A DNA stretch of 64,000 bases from Fistulifera solaris (taxonomy: Eukaryota): assembly GCA_030295235.1 (NCBI GenBank), contig AP026137.1:558001-622000 (forward strand), read 5' to 3'. The number at the start of each line of letters is the position of its first letter. Position 1 is the first letter of the stretch. Below the pieces are notes generated by a model that saw only the letters and a list, made by a program, of their open reading frames with translations, was not told the DNA's origin and ran no database searches. Shown piece by piece: positions 1 through 10,591 of this stretch. Made by a program: the position numbers and the translations under genes.

Positions 1-425
1 CCGATCGCGTTAATACCTATCGCCAATCCGAGGCCGGCGTTGGGATTGTATCCGTACCCGTAGCCGTATCCGGGAGACACAATGACCGGAGACGGTTGCA
101 CGATGGTGGTTTGTCGTTCGACAACGCGGGTGGGGGCGCGGGACGGCGCTTTCGCGCGTCCTCCCGAACGACCTCCACTGCGACCGGCAATCACTTGCGA
201 AGATCCCGCAAAATCGGCATCCCAAGCCAACGCGGGAGCTGCCGCGACAATGTTGCTCATGAGATAAGCAGCCGCTACCACGGAAGTCATGGCTTTGCGC
301 GCGGCTTCGTCACTGCGGGCCGAGTGGAGGGCGGTCGTTGGGCGCGCAGTTTGAAGAGGCGCAAAAGCGCTTGCGGGGCTCAATGCGAACAAGGTAAAAA
401 CAGCGAAGGATCGAAGGAATGTCAT
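1..425 (-). CDS. Plastid-targeted (possibly thylakoid) protein of unknown function, 3'-truncated by the window edge
   Basis: Not in the ORF track because it has no stop inside the window. Manual translation from the ATG at 425 gives MTFLRSFAVFTLFALSPASAFAPLQTARPTTALHS...NIVAAAPALAWDADFAGSSQVIAGRSGGRSGGR...PGYGYGYGYNPNAGLGLAIGINAI, with a perfect ASAFAP motif. Confidence 0.85.
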   Translation of the reverse strand, partial: MTFLRSFAVFTLFALSPASAFAPLQTARPTTALHSARSDEAARKAMTSVVAAAYLMSNIVAAAPALAWDADFAGSSQVIAGRSGGRSGGRAKAPSRAPTRVVERQTTIVQPSPVIVSPGYGYGYGYNPNAGLGLAIGINAI

Positions 426-739
426 GTTATCGAGAAAGCAACGCAGATATTTGTCGTTTGTTTGTCTCCTTGTTGCAGGAAGAGCAGCTGTCAACAAGAG
501 GTGCAACAGGAAATGCGGCTGCAAATTGGTGACGTAAGGCGCCAAGGGCTACTTGGTATAGATCACATAGTACTCTTTACTGTCGTAGTGGCAAAACCAC
601 GTCAGCGTTGCAGAGTATCGACTATGAAGCTTCAAGTAGTTACCTGGTAAGGGCTGGATTCTTTTGCGTGAATGACATTTTTATTCACGCTCACGATTCA
701 GAAATTCAGAACGTCATTCCCGCTTGTACTGGAAAGCAG

Positions 740-833
740 GTTAAAATTCTGCCTCTCAGGAAAGGACGTTAAAATTCTGCCTCTCAGTACAAGTTTCTAC
801 GTAGCGCCTACGGCGAGGCAGATTTTTAACGTC
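740..833. repeat. 20-bp direct repeat plus an inverted copy in a divergent promoter
   Basis: gttaaaattctgcctctcag at 740-759 and 768-787. The reverse complement of 815-833 matches 766-784 at 18 of 19 bases. Confidence 0.85.
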
Positions 834-1180
834 GTTTCCAGTAATTTGAAGGGCTTGTCCGCAAAAAAGTCCGCGAGACGGACGCGATGCTATGATTTTT
901 CGAAGGACGTTTTCTTCATAGAAGAACAGTTTTTGGTTTTTATTGATCCAACAAAGAACTTATTTCACAACTATGGGCAATGTATTCGTTACGACACGCC
1001 TGTCACAGACACCGAAGTCACTGGATCGCCAAGACGCGCAAGTGGAAAAAAGCAAGGAAAAAACGAAACTCAACCGTCGCAACTCTCCCTTCGCAAACGA
1101 AAGTATCACAAAAAAAACACGAATATGTACCCAACCCACTGGCTGTTTTACTATTACCGATTCATTCAATTCACCAAGCT

Positions 1181-2323
1181 ATGTCGGACAAGAAAGATAA
1201 AAAGGAAAAACGGGGCTTTTTTGGGGCGAAGAAAAGCGGTGATGCTTCCGTTCGAAAATCCAAGTCCTTTAAACGGATTCGCGGTCTGTTGAAAGGAAGC
1301 AAAAGCAAAAAGACTTTAGAGAAGAAAGAAAAAACAACGAGACGAAGGAGATACGGTGTATGACGTTGACGTCGAAGATCGTTCGATTATGACTCGTCAA
1401 ACGGTAGAAGCGCCGAAACCGTTCTTGTTGAAAATCGTATTGCTGTTGATGGACCCAGTGACGCGCCGGTTCGAATTACTGCAGCTGGAATTTGATTCCC
1501 TCAATGCCACCGTAAATGACATTTTGGTGCAGATTCCTGTCTCGGTCACCGAAGAAGCTTTGCGTGAACAAAAGTATGTCGCAATCTGTGGACCCGACGC
1601 GAAAGAGAAATCGCCCACCGAAATGCTATCCAGCTTTTGTGCAGGAAATGGGGTCTTGGTGGCCATTCCGGAGGGATTGCAAGCGCGAGAATGTGTGCGT
1701 CTAGCGACGCCCATTCTGTCGGATTCGAAAGTGACACAAATGGTAAGTCAACACTTTGAATTCTTTCATGACTGGATAACACAATCTCAAATTTTATTTA
1801 GCTCAAAGCCAGTGGAATCAATGCCTCAGAGTGGAAAGACGATGTTAAAAGCAAGAGTGTCCCCGAAGCTCGACAAAACAAAAGTGCTCCTACGAAAAAG
1901 ACGAGGGGCGGCGGTACCGCTCTCACAATCCTCGTGATCGCTCTTTTGGCGGCAGGATTGCAGGTATTCCATCTCTACATTTCAGCACCTATTCAGAGAG
2001 GCAACGTCGTTTCTCCCAATATATGGCTACGCGAATGTGGTTTGAACTTCTTTTCGTGTGATAAAGAATCTTATTTCCGTATCAAAGATGGCAAGGCCAT
2101 CCGCACGAATGGCCGGAACGAAGTGATGTGGGTGATGGAGGGAGCTGCCTGCACCTCCGGGGAGTGCCAGAATGGTATGCAAGTAAAGTCCGACGGAAGT
2201 ATTTTGATCGGAGGAAAGCCAGTTACGCATGTCACTATGTATAAGGAGGCGGCATTGTCTCCGTGGCCTTTTGCCGAAGAACCGCTGGTGAAGACTCGTC
2301 ATGCGAAAATCCTCGTGAACTAA
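1181..2323 (+). CDS. Hypothetical protein with Lys-rich N-terminus and one transmembrane segment (2 exons, 1 frameshift)
   Basis: ATG at 1181. Removing one A from the A-run at ~1330 joins the ORFs as EKQRDEGDTVYDVD. The GTAAGT...TTTAG intron at 1743-1801 joins the frame ending at 2323. Confidence 0.7.
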
Positions 2324-2529
2324 CGTTGTATGGTCGAATTTTGGTCGTTATCATAAGAACTGGCTGACCCGATTGGCGTGCGCTCTTGATGTTAACTATA
2401 CCACTCGTGTTTGAATTCGTGCGATTGATTTAAATTTAATAGACTACATTCGTTTTGAGATAACTCGCGTTGTACTCTAGCATTGTGGGATCGTGTAGGT
2501 GCATGCCGTTTCATTATCGCTCTCTTCAT

Positions 2530-3656
2530 TTAAACCCACGCCGTCAGAGTCAAACCAGAGGTACCCAATTCTTCCAATGTCTGAAAAGCTTTGGCAAAGT
2601 CTTTGTAAAACTTGTCGGCATCTCCAGCGTAGATATCTACATACCTCTTGAATTTCTTATCCTGTAGAAGAACGAGATCCGAAGGCAGCATCATGAGATT
2701 CCCACCGGGTGCGTTCACGTACTGATACGGTCCGTCCCATTCTTTGGCCACCCAGTTCAGATTCTTCAATATCGTAAAGTATGCGTTATTGAACGTCGTG
2801 GGCGTAGGAGTCCATGGTCCATCATAGCCACTGGCAGTGCTGCGAAACAAAGAAAACGTCCGACGTGAGTGTATTCTGCAGAGACACCGAATGACACAAT
2901 CGATACGCACGTATGACAGCGTCCCAGCGCATGAGCACCACTCAGTGCCACGATTTCTTGATCGTTGAACCCCATGCGATTGAAAATAGCCCGAACGTGT
3001 GCGGCGTCGGCTGGGTCACTTCCTGGGGGACCGCTGTCGGCATTTGGCAACCGACCATCCGGTGTCACGGCCGATGCGTCAAGTGCATCGACACGGCCAC
3101 TGCTCCAAGGAATGACGGGGCCTCCCATGGCATGAATGGCCGCAACTGATGCAGTTGTGTGAGTGCGATTTATACTTCAGCATTCAAGAAAGCGGAAGGG
3201 AAACGTACCTCCGGCCAAGGTGTATAGATCCGCATACGAAATGAGTCCGTCGTACTTGGCATGAATGGGTTCCAGCCACTGTACGGCCGTATCTTTCAAT
3301 CCAGCATTGCCACCATGCGCCAGTTCTTCGGCGAACCGAATGGTGCCTTGTCCGGATCCACCGGTTTTGGATTTTTGGTCGTAGGTGCCCGAAGAATGCC
3401 ACGCCAATCGCACCAACGTCGGACCTTTATCGGGATCGGCACGAACGAGATCTTCAATATCTTTGGCGACTTCTTTGTAATCGACAGCCCACGAAAAAGA
3501 CGGCCAGAAACTGATGACAGCCGTCCCAAGAGAACTGGCCAAGACATCTCGTCGCGTGGCCGAAAGAACCGGCAATCCGCTACGAGGAGTCGTCGTTGTC
3601 GGACGAAAAGCTTGTCCTGCGCACAGGAAAGAGAAAAGAAGTAGAGCGGAGAACAT
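2530..3656 (-). CDS. Class I haem peroxidase (ascorbate / cytochrome c peroxidase family), plastid-targeted, 3 exons
   Basis: Motifs [26 protein letters not shown] and MMLPSD. Introns at 3146-3208 and 2840-2910. Signal peptide followed by GQA-FRP. Confidence 0.92.
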
Positions 3657-4014
3657 GGGAATGGAACGGTATGGTAGGATTGATGTGAAGAGAAATAATG
3701 AAGTATCCAACATGATGATCGGCGTCGGATCTGTTCCACCCACCAACGAGCAGTCAACGAGAGCATCAAAAGATCGCTCGGCGGTTCTTGGTTCGCTTTT
3801 CTTCACAATAGTGGCAAAAGTACTATGACGTAGTATATACTCAGAGTGTATACGACATATTGTAGCGACTCGATTTTAGTCACGAGGCGTTGACCCGCCG
3901 CAGCCGCAAGGAGGTATAACCGACCCGCCGACATTGTCGCCATTCGCCATCGCCTGTGAACGACAACAATAACGACAATGCTGCAGCAATCCAAATGATT
4001 AATGTCTCTTCCTT

Positions 4015-5679
4015 TTGAGATTATCTCTGTTGCTTTCAATTGTGTTTAGAGGCGCTCGGGAGAACGTTAAAAGGAACCATTTTCCTTGTCCAACATTCGA
4101 ACGAATGCACCTCTTTCGATCCTCGAAACGTTCGAAGGATGCACGATCCGTATCGCCCGCACCATCCCCTCGTTCGACGCAAACGCCGACAGCTTCGGCG
4201 GCTCGCTTTCGAAGACGACAACCCGATACGATCTTGCCGTTACACGGTACACCTCCCACACTGGCGTGGAAAAAGCAAGGAAATAATTCGAACTTTTTTA
4301 TACGGAGGACAATTTTATCCGGAAGGTCGCCGGAGACGAAAGATACGTCGCGATTATCCACTCTGGCAACAAATCTTTTGTTCTTCACCGACGCGAATGC
4401 TCATCACTCTTTTGGTGTTGACGTATGTTTCCCTTCTTTACGTAGTATGGCCGTTGCTTCATTTTTGATGCAACAATTATCGTCGCACGGCAGTACCATC
4501 GTGCGGGGAAGGGATTTGTTACTGCATCACTCGTACTCCTCCGAGAGTCTGGCTCACATCGATGCGCTCTATGACGCAATACAACGCATTCCTCCACCGC
4601 CTTCTTTGACCACGCGGTCCGAGTTTTTACAACAAATGTACCCCCAATTCTATCATCGCAATTCCGAGCGAAAGAGCGAACGACCCATTCGGAGTCTACT
4701 GGCTCCCGATCATCGGAGACCACATTGTCCTACACCACAATCTGACACATTACAACAAGTGACGCTTGTCATTCAAACGACAATACATCGTCTTCCCGTT
4801 GTACAAGAAACGTGTCGACGTTGGAAATCATCACCGATGATTGTTGTGGTGGCGTTATCGGAGGACGACGAAGACTTTTCCTCCATCATTGATTCGTACG
4901 ATTGCCCGAATACCCAGTGGATTTCCTATCACTTACCGTCGTCGACATTGGATTATCCCGTCAATCATTTACGGAATTTGGCCCTGGAAGCCGTTTCTAC
5001 CAGTCACGTATTGGTGGTTGATGCCGATTTTGTTCCCTCGATCGCTTTGGAACAAGCCATTGTACAGAATCTACCGGCATTGTCACCCCGACAAGCCATG
5101 GTGATTCCGGCGTTTGAACGAATCATGGAATGCAACCATCAGAACGATTGTCTGGAACTGTTACAGCACAATAGTTCTTTCATTCCGCGTACCATGATGG
5201 AACTAGAGACGTGTATGCAAGCACACGACTGTCGTGTGTTTCAAGCCAACAACAATCCGGAGGGTCACTCTTCCACCCGTTCGCACGAGTGGCTGTACGA
5301 TCCACACAAGGAATTGCGCACCATCGAATGCTTCGATTCATTGCGGTATGAGCCATATTTGGTGTTACCGTGGTGCGCCAACGATGCGGTTCCGTATTAC
5401 GACGAACGATTTCATGGATACGGGAAGAACAAAATTCAACACGTTCAGCACGTGCGCTTCTTGGGATTTTCATTTGCCGTATTACCACCGCAGGGATTTC
5501 TCGTCCACGCTCCGCACCCCGAATCGGCCGTCAAAGAAGAATGGAACAATGTCAAGACATCGTCCTTGCATCGAGACATGGATGCCTTGTATCGTGAATT
5601 TTTGCACGAGTTGGTGGAGGAAAGCCGCACCAACATGGTGGACGTCCATTCTATAGTGGGGCCGTGCGAATCGTCCTAA
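4015..5679 (+). CDS. LARGE / B4GAT1-like glycosyltransferase (GT49-like); start codon uncertain
   Basis: Motifs YPVNHLRNLA, VVDADF, VIPAFE, YEPY and YDERFHGYGKNK. Confidence 0.85.
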   Translation: MRLSLLLSIVFRGARENVKRNHFPCPTFERMHLFRSSKRSKDARSVSPAPSPRSTQTPTASAARFRRRQPDTILPLHGTPPTLAWKKQGNNSNFFIRRTILSGRSPETKDTSRLSTLATNLLFFTDANAHHSFGVDVCFPSLRSMAVASFLMQQLSSHGSTIVRGRDLLLHHSYSSESLAHIDALYDAIQRIPPPPSLTTRSEFLQQMYPQFYHRNSERKSERPIRSLLAPDHRRPHCPTPQSDTLQQVTLVIQTTIHRLPVVQETCRRWKSSPMIVVVALSEDDEDFSSIIDSYDCPNTQWISYHLPSSTLDYPVNHLRNLALEAVSTSHVLVVDADFVPSIALEQAIVQNLPALSPRQAMVIPAFERIMECNHQNDCLELLQHNSSFIPRTMMELETCMQAHDCRVFQANNNPEGHSSTRSHEWLYDPHKELRTIECFDSLRYEPYLVLPWCANDAVPYYDERFHGYGKNKIQHVQHVRFLGFSFAVLPPQGFLVHAPHPESAVKEEWNNVKTSSLHRDMDALYREFLHELVEESRTNMVDVHSIVGPCESS

Positions 5680-5739
5680 AGAATACAATATTTCATAACA
5701 ATGTGCTTAGCGATATTTACAAAGTGACCTTCTATACTA

Positions 5740-6228
5740 CTATTGACGTTCTTGTTCCGTTTGCAGAATAGGAACACGACGACACCGTTCTTGAAACGCG
5801 GCAACTTGATGTTTTCCAACTTGCGGCAACAGAAAGTCCAAAGAAGTCGCCAATAGCGGATCACGGCTGGTGATTTGCAATTCCAGTGATACTTGTGTTT
5901 TGCTTTCTGACAAGGGTTGCAAACGCCATTTGCTGTGCAAGGAATCAAAGAGACGACTTTCGATGCTCACAATATCGACCTGCAATTGTTCCGGATCGAA
6001 CGTCACCGACGACACGTACGAATCTTGGATGAAAGGAGGAAATTCGAACGACAAAGTGGCTTTCATATGATTTCCATTCGTTTGCAAGACTTTGGATTGC
6101 GTGACAAAGGGAAGAAATTGGGAATACGCATCGACGTCCTTGACAATTTGAAATAAGTGATGGGCCGGTGTGGGTACGATTTGTCGTTCAATGTGTCGTT
6201 TTGTCACCGAAAGTGCGCGGAAGAGCAT
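5740..6228 (-). CDS. COQ10: Coenzyme Q-binding START / polyketide-cyclase-fold protein (COQ10 / RatA-like)
   Basis: Motifs DVDAYSQFLPF, YVSSV, LFDSLHSKW and VAAFQERC, with a short mitochondrial-type leader. Confidence 0.85.
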   Translation of the reverse strand: MLFRALSVTKRHIERQIVPTPAHHLFQIVKDVDAYSQFLPFVTQSKVLQTNGNHMKATLSFEFPPFIQDSYVSSVTFDPEQLQVDIVSIESRLFDSLHSKWRLQPLSESKTQVSLELQITSRDPLLATSLDFLLPQVGKHQVAAFQERCRRVPILQTEQERQ

Positions 6229-6664
6229 GGCATTGGTGAGTTCTGGAAGAAGAGGATTGTTGTCTTGACAAGAAGTTTAAGCACGGTGGGAAGACGGAGA
6301 AGTGTTATCTTTAGTTTCAAGGAGCCGCGCAGCGCGATCATCATGGTCGTCATTCTTGTTGCGTATTTTTCGCTATTTCTTCCGTGGTGATCTCATACGG
6401 CACTGGACTACCAGGTACTATCCTCGAAGGTGTATACGACTTTTTTGCTTGATTGGATCATGTGTTTGAGTCACGAATGTCTCGACAGGTTCCAGGCGCG
6501 CGCGCCGACTGCAACGGAAACTGGCCCGCGTTGGAGGGAAAATCGTCGTCCTCGCGATCTGCGCTCCTCGTGAAAAAGGCGACCTTTCATAAACGTTTAG
6601 TATCACCATGATGTTCGTATAAGTGGGAAGAAGAATTCTCACGCAACACACAATAACTAATAAT

Positions 6665-7830
6665 ATGACAAATTTGTATACAGAAGATCAATTGCAAGAG
6701 GTGACATCCTGGATGGAGGATGAAGGTCGAAGTGTAACCATTGCGACCGTCAGCCAATCGCTGGGAATTTCGCGATTGCCAGCGCAAGCGTTGCTCGAAC
6801 AGTTGGGTAAGGAGAACACTGTTCGAGTCACCGTCACTGCTGCGGAAACAAAGATTCGAGAAAGCTCCATTCCGACGACCGGTACGTAATTTGGAGCTCA
6901 AAGAACGAACTTTGCCGTGTCATTCATCTCACCTACTTGTGATGCACTTTCGTTTGTGCAGTTTTCAAACTTTCTCCAAGCTCCAAGGACGGGTACATGT
7001 ATGCGATTTCGGGACAAGAGTCGGTAGCAACGGCCCATGAACGAGATATGGATCAAATGAGAGACATGTTAAAAAACAATCAATTGAACAATTTGACCGC
7101 TTCGGCCACGGATAGCATTGCACCGGCCGAACCGATATTACCCTTGATGCAACACAATACAGACTCGTCGTCGGATCGACCCATTGTGAGCTCACTGGAT
7201 CGCACCAAATCTTCGGCACCTGCGAAAAAAGTTACCACGGCCGAATCCTTCTTTCAAAAGAAAAGTACGACTCCGGCCGAGAAAACGAACAGGATTGCTA
7301 CCATAGAGAAAACAATCAAGGAGACGAAGCCGACTCTACCCAAATCATCGAAAGAAAAGGAATTCAGCAAAGAGAATGAAAAGGAAAATAATAAGAAAGT
7401 GGGTCGCGTCGAAGATTTGGTCGGCGATGAAGATGATAGCGAGGAGGATGAGGAAGTGGCGCCGCGCAAAAAAGTAATTCGCGGGCGCAAAGATCCCAAA
7501 GAAGAGAGTGTTGAGGAAAAGGAAGAGACACCCGTGGTGGAACCACCCGTCCGAGGGGCGATGGATGATTTTGCCACCGAAATGAAACGTCCTACGGCAC
7601 CGACCACGACGACGACAGGACGTAGACGGCGCAAGAAACTCATTCAAAAGACGTCCATGGACGCACAGGGTTATTTGCATACAGAAACGCAAGAGGTTTG
7701 GGAAGATATTCCATCTGATGAAGAAGATGAACCGGTTTTCGTCCCGAAAAAGCCAACGACACAACAAGCATCGAATAAAAAGGTGAATATGAAGCAAGGT
7801 AGTTTGTTGGGATTCTTTACTAAGAAATAA
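6665..7830 (+). CDS. POLD3: DNA polymerase delta subunit 3 (Cdc27 / POLD3)-like, 2 exons
   Basis: N-terminal winged-helix-like segment, charged disordered middle, TSMDAQGYLHT motif and C-terminal PIP box QGSLLGFF. Intron at 6882-6961. Confidence 0.75.
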
Positions 7831-7880
7831 AGCAAGCTCGTTTCATATTCACTTCATTTTAAGAACGGTCTGATGTTCTC

Positions 7881-10164
7881 TTATCTTGTTTTGTCGGTTG
7901 GTAGTGCTCGAAACTTTTCTTTCATGTTGGCATCCGTGACTTGCACTGTCCCGACTTTCTTGGTGACGTAGAAGCACTTGTTCAGCGCATTGGGTTCCAT
8001 GACAGCGCTAACGCACACTTGAGCGATTTCGGCCCGCGACATTGATGTCACATATTCATTGCTTGGTTGCAGGTCGATTGTAGTCTCTTCTGCGGAAGGT
8101 ATCTCATTAAAGCCGGAGACCCGAACGATTGCGTAATTGAGACCGCTATTCCGTACGATTTCTTCACCACGGTATTTGTAATACGTTTCCTCGGGACTGT
8201 TCAGTCTTCCTGCGCCATCCTTTGCCAAAGTTTGGAAGGTGGAATCATCCAAAAGCTTTACTGTGTTGACATCGTCATTACTGCCGGCAAGTGCAAGTTG
8301 TCGAGCCTCATGCCGAATCATACTGTTTTGAACCACTGGGGGGATCTGGGCGTCGCTAAGATACACGAACTCGGGTTCAGGTTGTGACTTGTAGAGCTTG
8401 ATGTAGCTTAGCGCTAAATAAAAACTACTCCACTCCCCTCTTTCTAGTTTCGTCTTCAATGGATTGCTCGAACTTCGGTATCGGAAACCTATGTTGCGAA
8501 CATCGCTGCCTTGAAAAACCGGCACTGCATTGATGTCTTTTGTGACCTTCTCCGTTTGTTGCACCGGCCTAAAGTTTTCAAACGGTAGTCGGACCGTCAC
8601 AAACTTGTTCCGCGACTTATTTTTCGACGTTTGGGATTTGCTAGCTGTGGAGAATTGGCAGACGTACTCGATTCCGTTATCGTAATACTCTTTCGTCCTG
8701 ACGAACGCCTCATAAGTACCGCCATCACTACAAACACGGACAATGAATCCACCGAAACCTGCCCCAAGATCAATACCATTTTCAGGATCTTGTCGAGATC
8801 TTAGGCGGCTAGAAGTAATGGCAGCTTCGCCACCAGAACGGCCTTCACTCGGTTTCGGAACGCGACCGACAAACACACCATGCCCAAACTGATTACGGAT
8901 CCATTGTGTTTGCATTTTGACCGATGCATCTTTTCTCTTTTCGATTTCTGATTCATAAAGTTTCTCAACGTAGTCGTCGTCATCGTCCTCAAAGTCATCA
9001 TAGATATCAGAGAAGTCATCGGGATCGTATCCCAGGTCCCCGCTTGCGGCTCCTTCAGATGCATTTTCAACGTCCTCCTCGTCTAGAGAAAACAGATTGA
9101 AATCTTCCGGCCTACCCTGAAACTTGAACAGAGACCGCTTTGCAGCTTGAGAAGTGCCATAATCGGAATGACGAACGTTCAAAAACGCCTGAACAATATT
9201 GTTCAAGCCAATCAGATCAACTTGCTTTGCGAGTTGAGCTCGGACTTCAAAACCGATTCCATCTGCTCCCACTCACGGTCACTCGCAGTGCCCTTTTCAG
9301 CCAATCTGGGAGCCCCACTGTCTGTCATCATCTGATCGTCATCTAGATTCTCTTCCATGAACTCACGAAACTTCTCCTGGAATTCATCTTCGTCAGCACG
9401 TGGCGGATTCGTGCAAAAATAATTTTATCCACATCAGTCACCGCGTACTCCAGACTTTCAATGTTATTTAAATCCCCTTGACAGTACGTAACTCCTGTTC
9501 CCAACATGTTGAGCGTTTGCGTGTACAAATCTCGGACGAGTACCCGCACACGGGATCGTCCTTCCTGTAACAGGCGCTTCACCACGAGTCTCCCAATTTC
9601 TCCCGTAGCACCGACAACAAGAATCTCCGGAATGTAATCATCTTCCACCAATCTTCCTAGAGACGAGGTCCCATCTTGAAAGTTGGTAAAACGATCATCC
9701 AAATAATAGATAGATGATTTCAGCTCGTCGGATGTTTTGATGGAAGTAAGCGCCGTGTCGATTTGTTTGCGCAGATTTTGACCCGCTTTGAAGGGATTTA
9801 ATTTGTCGAGCAAATTGGGTCTCTCCTGCTCTTCATCTTGTTGTTGTTTGCTTCTCATACGCTCCCCAACCGCTTTTAATAAATCTTGTTTCTTTGCTTC
9901 CGCATCTTTTGGGTCATTCTTTTTCGCTTTCTTTCGTTTTGACGGCTCTTCATTATTACCGCTCACATCGTCGGAATCGGATTTATTTTTGTTGGTATTC
10001 GATTGTAGAATGATACGTGTTCGACTGGCGGAAGCAGGTGTAAACGGTTCGATACGAACGCTATTCGTGGGTCGAGCAGGCATGAGAAAAGCCTCGGATT
10101 CCCAAACAGCCCACAGGAGCATGTATGGAATACATGAGACGAACCGTCGAGACGTCGAGGGCAT
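7881..10164 (-). CDS. Plastid NAD(P)-binding Rossmann + CIA30-domain protein (HCF173-like), 2 frameshifts
   Basis: ILVVGATGEIG, CIA30-like FVTVRLPFENF and YKYRGEEIVRNSGLNYAIVR. Signal peptide followed by SEA-F. The frames join across indels at ~9415 and ~9250. Confidence 0.75.
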
Positions 10165-10310
10165 AATTTCTTTATTGTTTGTAAGAAGTAAGTGATACAG
10201 CAGCAATGATATCCCTCTATAATGTTATTTGCTTTTCCGTGTGTCAATCTCAATTAGTTCATCATCGTTATCGTCATCGCGTTCGCGATATCAAAGTAAT
10301 CCGTAAATTC

Positions 10311-10505
10311 ATTCATACAGAAAAGCTGGGTATGTCAGGTCCAGAAATTCTGGACCAGTTCATTTCATTCTTACAGAAAATCTGGCAGTTCCAGGAATTC
10401 TCGGTATTCATTCACAAACTTTCTGGCAAGGAAATAACGCGCTTTCTGGACCATCCTCATAATTTCTGTATGAACAGAAACTCCTTTTCCAGAATATCTG
10501 GAACA
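10311..10505. promoter_or_regulatory. Cluster of CAGA-N3-TCTG palindromes in a bidirectional promoter
   Basis: Exact copies at 10342, 10374 and 10490, including ggtccaga-aat-tctggacc and ttccaga-ata-tctggaa, plus several degenerate copies. Confidence 0.55.
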
Positions 10506-10591
10506 TTTTCCAAAACCACCCTCATCGTCGCCAGTTCAAACCGCTCGATCGTCAAAAATCGTTTCAATGATGCAAACATATAATTCAAATG

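Noticed and set aside
96..1292. Plus-strand ORFs 96-650 and 672-1292
   Set aside because: No recognisable motifs. The first is antisense to the ASAFAP gene and the second crosses a promoter.
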